A DNA stretch of 64,000 nt from an uncultured Gammaproteobacteria bacterium (GCA_964650355.1 CAZYTL010000008.1:89-64088), one strand, 5' to 3'; counted from the first letter of the stretch, positions 17,057-27,995 are shown. Numbers and translations: made by a program. The notes: a model not told the origin generated them from the sequence alone.

Positions 17057-19340
17057 ATAAACCTCCTATCGCCAATGATACCACTAGTTGCCAAAGATAA
17101 ACTTTCAAAGGCAGGGGCAGAGTGAATTGCTGACCGGCCAGTTTAAGTTTGATGGCTTGACGGTTAAATGCCAATAGGGAAGGCCGGAAGCGGAACTGAT
17201 AATCATAACTGCCATAAGGAGGAATCAAAGGCAAGTATGAATCTGACAGGGACATGAGCGTCAGGGTGTTATCCAGAGAAAAATTAGCCTGGAGATTACT
17301 AGCAGAGGTAGGGCCTAAATTTTTAATGGTCACTCTACCCGACCACCAGGAAAACGGCCACCAGGGATAATCCGCTTTCAGCCGGAGATTTAATTCCGGA
17401 GGATCCTCGGGAAATTGCTGTCCCAGGGTCACGACCACGTCTTTTTGCGGATGAGAGGCGGGTTTGTAATAGCCGGCGGGCAAGGGCCCGGAACTGTCTA
17501 AACCATTGAGAGCCATGGTCAAGTGGTTGTAATCCCAGTGATGAAAGTAGTCACTGCCTCCGGTGGTGACCTCCCAGGTGGGATCGACCGGTTTCCAGAC
17601 CTGCAGGTGATCATCCCAATATTCCGGCCAGGCGTGCAGCACGTCAGCCACCAGGGACAGAGGTTGTAATTCAGGGCTGTCTGAATGGGCATAGCCAATG
17701 GCTTGCCGGGCAGGAATACCGGCCGCCCGGGACAAAGCAATAAACAGATCCGTAAATTCCATACAAATTGCCTCTTGCGGCTGATTAAGAGCCTGAAGAG
17801 CCCCCAAGCGATTGGTTTCATTGGTCAGACGCTGGTAATCGTATTGCAGATGGGTAGTCACATAACCGTAAATGGATTCAGGATTGGACAAAGAGATGGC
17901 CAATTCGCTGATCTTTGGCTGGTTCACCTCCCAATATTTCTGTGATGTCAGCCAAGGTTCGCGTTGCGGCAAGGCGGCGATGCGCCAGGGTTGGGCAAAT
18001 ACCATGGCTGATCCACTGACCTGAATTTCAGAGGTTTGTCCGGCCGTGAGCTGATAACTGGCTAACCAGTTTCCGTCCGGATCAACTGTCACTTGGTCCG
18101 GTAAAGGCGCGATTTTTGAAATGGCGATTCTTTGATAGCTGGTATCAGGAGGCAAGGTGATGGTTTGTTGAGATGAATGTTGCGATTCACCGTTCAAGGT
18201 GTAGGAGAGTTGAAAATCATAAAGTTGAAAATCGCCAAACACCGCCCTCAAGCCCCCTGTCTGCAGTTCGTCCGGGGAAAAAGTGAATTTCTGCCATTCA
18301 GGCAGATTTTCCCTGGAATCGGGTGGGGGAATCAGGTATGCCAACCTGCCCAGACTGTTTTTGACCAATAGTTGGATATGGGTTTGTCTGGCCGAGGGAT
18401 TAGGGGCCATTTTGGGGAGTTTGAGTTCTCTGATTTGGCCCTGATCAACGACAGCCTGGTGAAGATCATAAAAGACCTGAAACCGGGTGGTTTGTCCTTT
18501 ACCCAAAGCCAAAGGGGGATGGTCCGGATCCTGCTGGGTGGGAAAATATACGATCAATTTGATAATAGGTTGATTTAAGGACTGGGATTCAGTGGACTGC
18601 CATTTTAAGGGATGGTTCAACTCATCCTGAGCAAAGATGTTCGTGATTTTTTCTCCGGTCAGAAGAAGAGTATAGCTGTGGGGAAAATTCTCAGTGGTCA
18701 GATTTTCGATGCTGATATCTTCTTTAACTCCGACCACCAGATCTTCGTTTAAGGTATAAGTGACATCCCGATCCACGGCAAAGTCGGCAGCACGGACAAG
18801 TGGCGGTTGCCACAGAAAAATACAGAAACATAGGGAAAAAATAGCTACTAGCCATTTATGGCCGATTTCGTCAAACCTTCTGGTAAATTTGATCGCATGT
18901 TTTTGCATATAGGCAGCAGAAATATTATTAATAAAATGAATCCCTATCCCTAACCAAATTGTTTGCGTCTGATAAGCCACAACTGCCATCAAGGGTCCAA
19001 AGAAAAATGTGGAGTACAAAATTTGTTTAATTAATTCTATTCTGTCTAATAAGAAAATATTTTTAAGATGCCAGAGACCAAAAAATAAAGATGAGATGAT
19101 TAAGGAAAAGGTGAAAGAAAAATTGTGGATAAAGAAGGCAAATATAAGGCCTCGAAAAATAATTTCCTCGTAAACAGGAGCAAATAAATACATGACGTAA
19201 ATACTGATGTTGTGTTTTTGAAAGTATTTTGTTTTCGATAATAACCTTAGGTGCGCATTTAAGGCAAACAGGAATATAATTATGCCAATTTGAATACTGG
19301 GAGTTAAGAAGCCAATGCGTATTAATTGAAAGTAGCTCAT
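16989..19340 (-). CDS. CPBP (CAAX protease/Abi) domain fused to a transglutaminase-like domain protein
   Basis: N-terminal PVYEEIIFRG, FGLWH, IHFINN; later AICMEFTDLF..RAAGIPAR, HAWPEY, VDPTW (Cys-His-Asp triad); C-terminal TM. Confidence 0.8.
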   Translation of the reverse strand: MSYFQLIRIGFLTPSIQIGIIIFLFALNAHLRLLSKTKYFQKHNISIYVMYLFAPVYEEIIFRGLIFAFFIHNFSFTFSLIISSLFFGLWHLKNIFLLDRIELIKQILYSTFFFGPLMAVVAYQTQTIWLGIGIHFINNISAAYMQKHAIKFTRRFDEIGHKWLVAIFSLCFCIFLWQPPLVRAADFAVDRDVTYTLNEDLVVGVKEDISIENLTTENFPHSYTLLLTGEKITNIFAQDELNHPLKWQSTESQSLNQPIIKLIVYFPTQQDPDHPPLALGKGQTTRFQVFYDLHQAVVDQGQIRELKLPKMAPNPSARQTHIQLLVKNSLGRLAYLIPPPDSRENLPEWQKFTFSPDELQTGGLRAVFGDFQLYDFQLSYTLNGESQHSSQQTITLPPDTSYQRIAISKIAPLPDQVTVDPDGNWLASYQLTAGQTSEIQVSGSAMVFAQPWRIAALPQREPWLTSQKYWEVNQPKISELAISLSNPESIYGYVTTHLQYDYQRLTNETNRLGALQALNQPQEAICMEFTDLFIALSRAAGIPARQAIGYAHSDSPELQPLSLVADVLHAWPEYWDDHLQVWKPVDPTWEVTTGGSDYFHHWDYNHLTMALNGLDSSGPLPAGYYKPASHPQKDVVVTLGQQFPEDPPELNLRLKADYPWWPFSWWSGRVTIKNLGPTSASNLQANFSLDNTLTLMSLSDSYLPLIPPYGSYDYQFRFRPSLLAFNRQAIKLKLAGQQFTLPLPLKVYLWQLVVSLAIGGLCVIITLTSIKIAQKLRRVPVQK

Positions 19341-19345
19341 GATAA

Positions 19346-22300
19346 CTACATTCTACCTTGCCTTGCTTTCTTCAGCCATTCGCCGGTATAAGACCCTTTG
19401 AATTTGGCTAACTCTTCCGGGACCCCGGTGAAAACTACTTCTCCACCCTTTTCGCCTCCTTCCGGACCTAAATCTATTACCCAATCCGCGGACCGGATAA
19501 CGTCCAAGTGGTGCTCTATCACGATCACGGTGTTGCCTTTGTCAACTAAGGCCCGCAGGACCATGAGCAGTTTTTCCAGGTCGGCAAAATGCAAGCCAGT
19601 GGTAGGCTCGTCTAAAATGTACACGGTTTTGCCTGTAGATCGCTTGGATAGTTCAGTGGCCAATTTGACGCGTTGAGCTTCTCCTCCGGACAGGGTGGGG
19701 GCTGACTGGCCTAATTCGATGTAGCCCAAACCCACCTGACGGATGGTGTCCAGTTTTAACCTGATGGGAGGAATGTTGTGAAAAAATTCCCAGGCTTCAT
19801 CCACGGTCATTTTTAATACTTGGGCAATGTTTTTGCCCTTAAATTCCACCTCCAAAGTTTCATCGTTGTAACGCCGGCCTTGGCAGACTTCACAGGTAAC
19901 ATACAGGTCGGAAAGAAACTGCATTTCTATCTTGGTTTGTCCCCCGCCTTCGCAGACTTCGCAGCGCCCGCCTTTGACGTTGAAAGAGAAGCGTCCGGGT
20001 TTATAACCCCGGATGCGGGCTTCTGCGGTTTGGGCAAATAATTCTCTGATAGGGGTAAACACGCTGGTATAGGTAGCCGGATTGCTTCTGGGAGTGCGAC
20101 CAATCGGCGACTGGTCCACCAGAATTACCTTGTCGATCCGCAGATAGCCGGCCAGATCCTCAAATTTTCCGGGTTTTTCTTTGTGGCCGGGATGAAGTTT
20201 CTCTGCCAAGGCATGATAGAGAGTTTCCACGATCAAAGTTGATTTGCCTGACCCACTGACTCCGGTGACCACGATAAACTTACCGAGAGGAAAATCAACA
20301 TTGATGTGTTTCAAATTGAATTCGCTGGCGCCATTAAGCGACAGGTGGTGCGGAGAGGAGTCGGAGTCAGAATTTTGGTGATGATGATTAGAGGCCGGTT
20401 GATGAGCAGCTAACTCATGCTGGTCAGCCGAAGGGGAGGAATTTGTTCTTCCGTTTATTTGGATTTTTTTCTTTCCGGCCAAATATTTGCCGGTGAGTGA
20501 ATGAGGTGCGGTCTTGATCTGCTCTACTGTGCCTTCGGCCACGACTGCGCCACCGTGTTTACCTGCTCCGGGTCCAAAATCAATCACCCAATCTGCTGCT
20601 TCAATGGTGGTTTGGTCATGTTCGACCACAATCACGGTGTTACCCAGATCACGCAAATAATCCAGGCTGTCGATGAGTCTTTGATTGTCTCTGGCATGCA
20701 AGCCAATCGAAGGTTCGTCAAGGACATACAAAACTCCGGACAAGCCGGAACCGATTTGAGAGGCCAGGCGGATGCGCTGGGCTTCACCTCCGGCTAAAGT
20801 AGTAGCGGTGCGGTCCAGGGTCAGATAATCCAGACCCACGGAAACCAAGAATCTGAGCCGGGCTTTGACTTCGCGCAGAATAGGGGTGGCAATGGTTAGT
20901 TCGCGTTCCGACAGGAGAGAATTTCCTTCCTGTTCGGGAAAGTTATTTTTATCTGACTTTTCCAGCGGTTTATCATCCGCAGAGTTTTTGGAAACAGTTG
21001 ACTTTTCGTCTGGGGATAAACTTTCCGCCCAGGCCAGGGTCTTATCAATGGGCCAACTGGTCACCTGAGCAATATTTTGACCTTTGATGGTCACAGACAA
21101 AGATTCGGGCTTCAATCTGGTGCCCTGACATTCACTGCAGACTTCTTTGCGCATGTATTTTTCAATTTCTCCCCGCACCCACTCGGATTCTGTTTCCTGA
21201 TAGCGGCGTTGCAATTCAGGAATGATGCCAATGAATTTTTCGTGGATGGCAGTTAATTTACCTTGCTTGTTCTCGCCGGAAACCGCATATACCCGATTGC
21301 CGGTGCCATAGAGAAGTTTCTGCAAATGATCAGCAGGCAAATCTTTGATGGCTGTCCGCAGGTTAATCTGGTTTTCTTGAGCCATGGTGGACACCAGCCT
21401 GGACCACCAGGTGTCATGCTCAAACATGTTCATGAAAGGCAAAATTCCGCCTTCGGTGACCGACAAGTTGGGCTTGAGAATTAAATGCTCGTCAATTTTC
21501 AGCACCATACCCAAGCCGGTACAGCCCGGACAGGCGCCGTGAGGCGAGTTAAAGGAAAAACTCCGGGGTTCTATAGGAGGCAGGGAGATGTTGTCAACCG
21601 GGCAGGCAAATTGTTCGGAAAAAAGATGGTCCTTAACCTGCTGAGGCTTTTCAGGGATTTCAAATCCGGGGTCTAGAATTTCACCCAGAATCAACTGGCC
21701 GTCAGCCACCCGCAGAGCCTGCTCGACGTCGTTGTTAATCCGCGATTTCAGATTGGCCCAGGCAACTTCATCTTTGAGTTGTGACTTTTCCCAACTCAGA
21801 CGATCCACCACCACGTCTATCTGATGTTTGTTAGTTTTGATTAAGGCAATATCCTCATCCAGTTTAATCATCCTGCCGTCAACCCTGACTCTGATAAATC
21901 CTTGTTTGCGCAAATTTTCAAATAAAGTCACAAACGTGCCCTTACGATCTCTGACCACCGGCCCCAGGATCAATAACCGCACCACGGGTTGTTTCTCCAG
22001 TCGCTCTTTAATTAATTGAAGAGCTTGGTTGGTGATTTGCTGGGCAGATTGAGAGGCAATTTCCTGACCGCAAATGGGACAGTGAGGATGGCCGACCCGG
22101 GCAAAGAGCAAGCGGAGATAATCATAAATTTCCGTAACCGTGCCTACTGTAGATCGGGGATTGTGACTGGTGGATTTTTGATCAATGGAAATGGCCGGGG
22201 ACAGACCGTCAATCTGATCCACGTCCGGCTTGTTCATTACGCCCAAAAACTGGCGGGCGTAGCTGGAAAGCGATTCCACATAGCGCCGTTGGCCTTCGGC

Positions 22301-22450
22301 GTAAATGGTGTCAAAAGCCAGAGAAGATTTGCCGCTCCCGGACAAGCCGGTGAACACTACCAGCTTGTTTTTGGGAATATCTACATTGATGTCTTTGAGG
22401 TTATGTTCTCGGGCTCCACGCACCCGAATAAAATCCGAAGTGTTTTGCAT
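19346..22450 (-). CDS. uvrA: excinuclease ABC subunit A
   Basis: GAREHNLK, GLSGSGKSSLAFDTIYAEGQRRY, two ABC modules and zinc fingers. Confidence 0.98.
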   Translation of the reverse strand: MQNTSDFIRVRGAREHNLKDINVDIPKNKLVVFTGLSGSGKSSLAFDTIYAEGQRRYVESLSSYARQFLGVMNKPDVDQIDGLSPAISIDQKSTSHNPRSTVGTVTEIYDYLRLLFARVGHPHCPICGQEIASQSAQQITNQALQLIKERLEKQPVVRLLILGPVVRDRKGTFVTLFENLRKQGFIRVRVDGRMIKLDEDIALIKTNKHQIDVVVDRLSWEKSQLKDEVAWANLKSRINNDVEQALRVADGQLILGEILDPGFEIPEKPQQVKDHLFSEQFACPVDNISLPPIEPRSFSFNSPHGACPGCTGLGMVLKIDEHLILKPNLSVTEGGILPFMNMFEHDTWWSRLVSTMAQENQINLRTAIKDLPADHLQKLLYGTGNRVYAVSGENKQGKLTAIHEKFIGIIPELQRRYQETESEWVRGEIEKYMRKEVCSECQGTRLKPESLSVTIKGQNIAQVTSWPIDKTLAWAESLSPDEKSTVSKNSADDKPLEKSDKNNFPEQEGNSLLSERELTIATPILREVKARLRFLVSVGLDYLTLDRTATTLAGGEAQRIRLASQIGSGLSGVLYVLDEPSIGLHARDNQRLIDSLDYLRDLGNTVIVVEHDQTTIEAADWVIDFGPGAGKHGGAVVAEGTVEQIKTAPHSLTGKYLAGKKKIQINGRTNSSPSADQHELAAHQPASNHHHQNSDSDSSPHHLSLNGASEFNLKHINVDFPLGKFIVVTGVSGSGKSTLIVETLYHALAEKLHPGHKEKPGKFEDLAGYLRIDKVILVDQSPIGRTPRSNPATYTSVFTPIRELFAQTAEARIRGYKPGRFSFNVKGGRCEVCEGGGQTKIEMQFLSDLYVTCEVCQGRRYNDETLEVEFKGKNIAQVLKMTVDEAWEFFHNIPPIRLKLDTIRQVGLGYIELGQSAPTLSGGEAQRVKLATELSKRSTGKTVYILDEPTTGLHFADLEKLLMVLRALVDKGNTVIVIEHHLDVIRSADWVIDLGPEGGEKGGEVVFTGVPEELAKFKGSYTGEWLKKARQGRM

Positions 22451-22612
22451 ACAACTTGTCATTATATATGAATGTCAATCAAAATTCACGAGCGGGTTTG
22501 CGGATAAAAAATGAAGACAAGTGGTTAGCATTCATGAGTCCACCAGGCACAAAATTACCAGATAATGCAAGATTCATGAGCAGGAGATGCGATGTCGGTT
22601 GTCGAGTTTCTA

Positions 22613-24040
22613 TCAGGAAGAGTGAGTTTTCTTGGCGACTAAAATTGCCTTCTTGACCGCTTCTTGATCTGACCAGGGTGTTTCGGTGGTGCCGAAGCAC
22701 ATGGATTTTTCATGGCCTTTGCCCAGGACGGCGATAGTATCCCCTGATCGGGAGAGTTTAATGGCTAAATTGATGGCTCGTTGACGATCTGCTTGCCTGA
22801 GGAAAACTGGTTTTCCTTGGCGCGGTAACCCCTTCCCTTGCGGGGATTTAATTTCCTTAGCGCCGGCGGTAAGGCACCCTTGGGCGATTTGGTCGATGAT
22901 CTGGTTCACGTCTTCAGTCCGTGGGTCTTCGGCTGTGAGGATAATGATGTCTGCATAGCGGGCAGCAGTTTCTCCCATTTTAGGTCTTTTTATATGGTCG
23001 CGGAGTCCTGCACTGCCGAATACTGCGATTAGTTTTTTATTCTTAGACAGTCCTGATGCCAGGTAACTCAATACTTGTGCGATGGAATCCGGGGTATGGG
23101 CAAAATCAATCACAATTTTTCTTCTCTGGTGCTCGATTATTTCCATGTGTCCGGAAATTTGCGGAAAAGACGCGAGAGCTTTTTGAATTGTTTTTACCTT
23201 GATTTCCAGAGACAAAGCCGCGCCCAAAACCGCAAGTCCGTTGTAAACATTGTATTTGGCCTGGAGATTAAGGTTGATGGGGAATGATTTTGGGTACTGA
23301 AGATATTTATCGGTCGATAATTTACACACAAAGCGGCTTCCTTTTGGAGTGCTTTTTAAACTACGGGCAGAGATCGAGGTGATCTCCCCTATTCCCGACT
23401 GGAAAACGGAAGCGTTATTTTTAATCCCGTATGCAATGATTTCCGCGTCGTAGTTGTGTCTTTTGAGATGATTAAACATGGTTTCATAAGAGTCGTCTTC
23501 CCGATTCAAAACCGCGACTTTGACTGAATTAAAGAGTTTGGCTTTAGCCTGGGTATATGCGAACATGGTCTGGTGGTAGTCCAGATGCTCAGGCTGGATA
23601 TTGGTTAACACTCCGACATCAAATCTAATTCCCCAGAGGCGATGTTGGGCTAACCCGTGGGAAGTAGATTCCAAAACCAAGTATTCGCACTGTTGACGGA
23701 CTGTTTTTTGAATTAATTTTTGTAATAACCAGGGGTCGGGCGAGGTGACATGAAACCCGGTATCGATTTTTTCCTGACCGATCAAGGCTTCCACAGTGGA
23801 AATCATGGCCACTTTTTTTCCAGCGGTTTTTAAGCAGTGGTAAATACCGGTTACGGTAGTGGTTTTACCTTTGGTACCGGTAACTCCGATGACTTTTAAT
23901 TTCCTACCAGGGAACCCGTAATAGAGGTTGGCGGCTATAGCCAAAGGCAAATGCCAGAAGGTGTTGACCCAGGAATGAGGGATCTGATCACGTAACTTGG
24001 TTATTAACGGCCAATTGCGAATTGAAGAGTATATTGACAT
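22613..24040 (-). CDS. murE: UDP-N-acetylmuramoyl-tripeptide synthetase
   Basis: GVTGTKGKTT, LESTSHGL.Q.R, EHLDYH, IDFAHTPD, EDPRTE, GKGHE. Confidence 0.93.
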   Translation of the reverse strand: MSIYSSIRNWPLITKLRDQIPHSWVNTFWHLPLAIAANLYYGFPGRKLKVIGVTGTKGKTTTVTGIYHCLKTAGKKVAMISTVEALIGQEKIDTGFHVTSPDPWLLQKLIQKTVRQQCEYLVLESTSHGLAQHRLWGIRFDVGVLTNIQPEHLDYHQTMFAYTQAKAKLFNSVKVAVLNREDDSYETMFNHLKRHNYDAEIIAYGIKNNASVFQSGIGEITSISARSLKSTPKGSRFVCKLSTDKYLQYPKSFPINLNLQAKYNVYNGLAVLGAALSLEIKVKTIQKALASFPQISGHMEIIEHQRRKIVIDFAHTPDSIAQVLSYLASGLSKNKKLIAVFGSAGLRDHIKRPKMGETAARYADIIILTAEDPRTEDVNQIIDQIAQGCLTAGAKEIKSPQGKGLPRQGKPVFLRQADRQRAINLAIKLSRSGDTIAVLGKGHEKSMCFGTTETPWSDQEAVKKAILVAKKTHSS

Positions 24041-24041
24041 A

Positions 24042-25460
24042 TTAAGACAAGGTACTGACAGCGTTTTGCAGTCTTTCAACGGCCTTATCTTTCCCGAGAA
24101 TTACCAGACATTCGGTAATCGGCGGGGTGACAGGCTGTCCGGACACGGCCAGACGCAGATTCATGAAGAAGTGGCCGGTTTTCCAATGATGGTTTTCAAT
24201 AGTGGCCATAAATTTGTCTGTCAGATAATTCGTAGTCCAGTTCGGTTCAGTAGTCTGGCTAAGAATTTCCAGTGCAGCTTGTAAATGCTCGGAGGCTAAA
24301 TCTTTCCATCCGGAATCCTGCACTTGAATGTCTGCGAACATAAACCCTGTAAGTTCTTTAAACTCAGCTAAAGTTTTCAGACGTTCTTTAACTAACGGAG
24401 CCAAATGCAGCAGAGTCTGATGATCAGCTGTTTCCGGGGCAAAAGGAGCCAGGCGGTTAGCCAACTCTTCATCATCAAGTTGATGGATGTAATGAGAATT
24501 AAAGTAGTTAAGTTTGTCTATATCAAAGGCTGGGTTAGCGTTGTTGAGATCTTTTAAATCAAAGGCTTGGATGAATTGATCCAAGGTGAAAAACTCCTGG
24601 TCGTCGTGAGGTGACCAACCTAAGAGCATAAGAAAATTGACCATGGCTTCCGGCAGATAACCTTGATCTAAAAAGTAGCGGGCGGTCACATCTCCGTGTC
24701 TTTTGGACATCTTGCCTTTCCTGCCCGGGCTTAAGATCACGGGCAAGTGAGCAAATTCCGGCATGGACCAACCAAAAGCTTGATAGAGAAGCACTTGTTT
24801 GGGAGTAGAAGAAATCCATTCTGATCCCCGCAGGACATGAGAGATGTTCATGAGGTGGTCGTCAACGACTACGGCCAGATGGTAAGTGGGAAAGCCATCC
24901 GATTTGACTAATACGGTGTCGTCGAGATCTTTGGTGTTGATGCTGATTTCGCCCATGACCAAGTCGGTAAATTTGACATCTTGGTTGTCAGGTAGTTTTT
25001 GCCGGATAACGTGAGGAATCTGTTGGTCCAGTTTTTGTTTGGCTTCCTGATCTGTCAAGCGCAGACAGCGTCTGTCATATCTGGGAATCTCACCTCTTTG
25101 TTTTTGTTCCTTCCGCATTTGATCCAGAGTCTCCGGCGTGCAGAAGCAATAATAGGCATGCTGCTGTTCAACTAATTGATGCGCGTGTTGTTGATAGATG
25201 TCTTTTCTTTGGGATTGAATATAAGGCGAATATGGACCGCCAACCTCAGGGCCTTCATCCCATGACAAGCCGTAATCTTTAATATCTTTGAGGATACGTT
25301 CAGTGGCTCCGGGAACCAAGCGCTTTCGGTCCGTATCTTCAATGCGGAGGATAAATAGGCCCTGGTTTTTTTTAGCCCAGGCATAGTTAAAAATCACTCC
25401 TCTGATCGTGCCAATGTGTAACTCTCCAGTCGGGCTGGGGGCCATGCGAGTTCGTACCAT
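24042..25460 (-). CDS. gltX: glutamate--tRNA ligase
   Basis: RMAPSPTG.LHIG, LRIEDTD, PTYH.AVVVDDHLM, KMSKR. Confidence 0.97.
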   Translation of the reverse strand: MVRTRMAPSPTGELHIGTIRGVIFNYAWAKKNQGLFILRIEDTDRKRLVPGATERILKDIKDYGLSWDEGPEVGGPYSPYIQSQRKDIYQQHAHQLVEQQHAYYCFCTPETLDQMRKEQKQRGEIPRYDRRCLRLTDQEAKQKLDQQIPHVIRQKLPDNQDVKFTDLVMGEISINTKDLDDTVLVKSDGFPTYHLAVVVDDHLMNISHVLRGSEWISSTPKQVLLYQAFGWSMPEFAHLPVILSPGRKGKMSKRHGDVTARYFLDQGYLPEAMVNFLMLLGWSPHDDQEFFTLDQFIQAFDLKDLNNANPAFDIDKLNYFNSHYIHQLDDEELANRLAPFAPETADHQTLLHLAPLVKERLKTLAEFKELTGFMFADIQVQDSGWKDLASEHLQAALEILSQTTEPNWTTNYLTDKFMATIENHHWKTGHFFMNLRLAVSGQPVTPPITECLVILGKDKAVERLQNAVSTLS

Positions 25461-25501
25461 GCTGTTTGCATTTTAGCACAGGCCGCTTATATACTAGAAT
25501 C

Positions 25502-26545
25502 ATGGCTTCAAGCTTAAGTTCAACTGCCTACTATTCCAGGAAAGCGATTAAGTATTTTGCCATCGGGGTGGTTGTTTATCTGATTTTGTATATTGCATAC
25601 AATATCGCTCAGCCTCTGTTGCAAAGAGAGCCACCCCCGCCCCCGATTGTGCCTCAATTCGGAGGGTTGCCCGCGCCGGAATTTCCCCAAGTCAATCAGA
25701 GCTTGAATTTCACTTACCGACTGGAAACTATAACCGGAGGGTTGCCGGTAAACTTTCCTGATCGGACCGTCGTATTTTCTAACCAGCTGCCCCCTTCAGG
25801 ATTCTTTTCTCTCACTAACGTGATCAAATCTGCCGCCAGTTACGGATTCAGAGAAGAGCCCATTCCGATTGCCCCACCGATGTATCAATGGAAAAAGGTT
25901 GATGCCTTGCCAGGATTATTGGAGATTCACACTCTAACCAAAGAAACGGATCTGATTTTTAATTGGAGATTTGATCAGGATTTGTTGATTTCGAATAAAA
26001 GGTTAACGGAACCACAGGCTTTTGGTTTTGCTGTAGGAGCTTTGAAAAAAGGCGGATTATGGAATAAAGACTTGGAAGGAGGAGACCACAAATTACTTTT
26101 TTATCGAGTGTTTAAAGACCAATTGCTTAAGGTGAGTTCCGTTTCCGAAGCTGATATGGTGCAGGTTAATTTCCGGCGGTCAAAAATAAGCGATCTGACC
26201 TCGGTGTTTCCTGACCCGGAGAGACCTCCGGTTTGGGTGATGGTCTCGAGAACAGGGAATTTATTAGAACTTCATTATCATTACTTTCCTAACAGTGAAA
26301 AGACCAGTGAATATCCTCTCCGGCCCGTTCTGAACGCCTGGCAGGATCTGGTGTCGGGAAAAGCATATATCGCCAGAATGGGGGATAATATTCCCGGAGA
26401 TGAGGTGGTTATTCGCCAGGTGGAATTGTCTTACTATATTACCAGTGATTTTCAGCCTTTCACCCAAACAGTGTATGTGTTTAAGGGCGACAAGGATTTT
26501 GTGGCTTATGTGCCTGCTGTAGAAAGAGGTCAGACTTCTAAATAA
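25502..26545 (+). CDS. conserved membrane-anchored hypothetical protein
   Basis: Single N-terminal TM and proline-rich linker; TATACT box 6 nt before ATG. Confidence 0.75.
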   Translation: MASSLSSTAYYSRKAIKYFAIGVVVYLILYIAYNIAQPLLQREPPPPPIVPQFGGLPAPEFPQVNQSLNFTYRLETITGGLPVNFPDRTVVFSNQLPPSGFFSLTNVIKSAASYGFREEPIPIAPPMYQWKKVDALPGLLEIHTLTKETDLIFNWRFDQDLLISNKRLTEPQAFGFAVGALKKGGLWNKDLEGGDHKLLFYRVFKDQLLKVSSVSEADMVQVNFRRSKISDLTSVFPDPERPPVWVMVSRTGNLLELHYHYFPNSEKTSEYPLRPVLNAWQDLVSGKAYIARMGDNIPGDEVVIRQVELSYYITSDFQPFTQTVYVFKGDKDFVAYVPAVERGQTSK

Positions 26546-26557
26546 GGAGGAGTTCGA

Positions 26558-27478
26558 TCATGGTTGCCAGATAGTGTCTCGATAAACCCAATCAATTAAT
26601 TCACGAGTATCACCAAAACGATCTTCGCTGGCCAACATAGCAATGAGCACGGAATGTCCATCCCGATCGATGAGGGTAACTAAGGCTTCTTTGGCCTGTT
26701 CGGTCCACCCAGTTTTTACTCCTTTCACGCCGGGTACGGTGGTTAGTAGTTGATTGAGATTGGTAATCTCGTGGCTGGTTTGTTGGTCGACACTGGTAAT
26801 AGTTTTTTCTTTTGTGGCTACGATTTGGGCAAATATTGGCTGCCCTAAGGCGACCTTAGCCAGTTTTAACAAATCAGCAGTAGATGATAAATGCAGGGGG
26901 TCGTGCAAACCCGTGGGGTTAACAAAGTGAGTTTGCTCTAAGCCCAATTCAATGGCTTTCCGATTCATCGCATCGATAAAAGCCGGCACACCTCCTGGAT
27001 AATGGCTGGCCAACGCCCAAGCCGCGTCATTTCCGGATTGCATCAGCATACCATAAAGCAGATTTTCCACTGTCATGGTTTCGCCTGGGTAAAGTTCAAT
27101 TTTGGCTCCGAGCACCTGGTAGTTAGGCACGGTGACCACATCTGTTAACTGGTAGTTGTCCAGAGCGATGAGGGCGGTCATGATTTTAGTAGTGGAAGCA
27201 GGAGGCAAAACGTGGTGGGAGTCTTTTTGGGCCAGAACAGTGTCAGTGTTCAGATCCTGAATGATATAAGATTGAGCACTAATTTGAGGAGGGGTGGTGG
27301 TCAGCTGGGGTGTGGGTAGGGGGGTCGGGGTCAGTGTGAGGGTAGGAGTGGGCGAGAGCGTTACTTCTAAGGTTGCGGGTTGGTAATTGGCAGTGGTAGG
27401 CGGCTGTTGAAATTGGATGATGAAGGTTAAAAGCAGCACTAAACCGATTACGCTGATGATGAAGGATCTCGTCGACAT
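26558..27478 (-). CDS. D-alanyl-D-alanine carboxypeptidase (peptidase S11)
   Basis: PASTTK (SxxK), SGN, KTG; TM helix plus PT-rich linker. Confidence 0.93.
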   Translation of the reverse strand: MSTRSFIISVIGLVLLLTFIIQFQQPPTTANYQPATLEVTLSPTPTLTLTPTPLPTPQLTTTPPQISAQSYIIQDLNTDTVLAQKDSHHVLPPASTTKIMTALIALDNYQLTDVVTVPNYQVLGAKIELYPGETMTVENLLYGMLMQSGNDAAWALASHYPGGVPAFIDAMNRKAIELGLEQTHFVNPTGLHDPLHLSSTADLLKLAKVALGQPIFAQIVATKEKTITSVDQQTSHEITNLNQLLTTVPGVKGVKTGWTEQAKEALVTLIDRDGHSVLIAMLASEDRFGDTRELIDWVYRDTIWQP

Positions 27479-27612
27479 AGACACCAGTAACTAGTGATTA
27501 ATAACCGTCCTTAATCCATCATAAAGTTGTTAATCTTAAAAATCAAAAGGTATCTTGATAGCGGCCCTTAATCGGGAGGTAAATTCTCAAAAGTTTATGA
27601 TATACTAGGGAC

Positions 27613-27957
27613 ATGCAGGTGCAGCTAAGTACTGAGAATGTTAGCCTTACTGAAGCGCAAAAACACGCGGTTGATAAACGAATAAAAAAATTGGAGAGAT
27701 TGTGTCGACTATTTAAATCCGAATTGGTGTCCACCCGTCTGAAATTGACAATAAAACCACCGATTAATGCTTATGTTGCCCAATTGACTTTGGCTGTACC
27801 CGGTTCTCAGATGGCGAGTAAATTTCGGGATAAACGCTTTTCAGTAGCCATAGGCAAAGCGTTTGACAAAGTAGCTGCTCAGTTGAGGAAGTACCGCGCC
27901 AGATTAAGAGATACCCGAGACTTTGCCAAGGTAGCCAAAGATAAAGGCAAAGCCTAG
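27613..27957 (+). CDS. hpf: ribosome hibernation factor HPF/RaiA family
   Basis: NVSLTEA.K..V.KRI.KL ... AI..AFDKV..QLRKY pattern. Confidence 0.75.
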   Translation: MQVQLSTENVSLTEAQKHAVDKRIKKLERLCRLFKSELVSTRLKLTIKPPINAYVAQLTLAVPGSQMASKFRDKRFSVAIGKAFDKVAAQLRKYRARLRDTRDFAKVAKDKGKA

Positions 27958-27960
27958 GTA

Positions 27961-27995
27961 AGTTTTCAGTTGTTAGTTATCAGTTTTCAGTTCTC
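27961..27995. repeat. five imperfect 7-bp tandem repeats (AGTTNTY)
   Basis: AGTTTTC AGTTGTT AGTTATC AGTTTTC AGTTCTC. Confidence 0.7.

Noticed and set aside
20340-21020. Two polar insertions in UvrA as inteins or introns
   Set aside because: Only ~30-35 aa, low complexity, in frame, and lacking intein splice-junction motifs
19398-22514. Many antisense ORFs inside uvrA and other core genes
   Set aside because: Shadow frames of well-conserved genes, with no motifs
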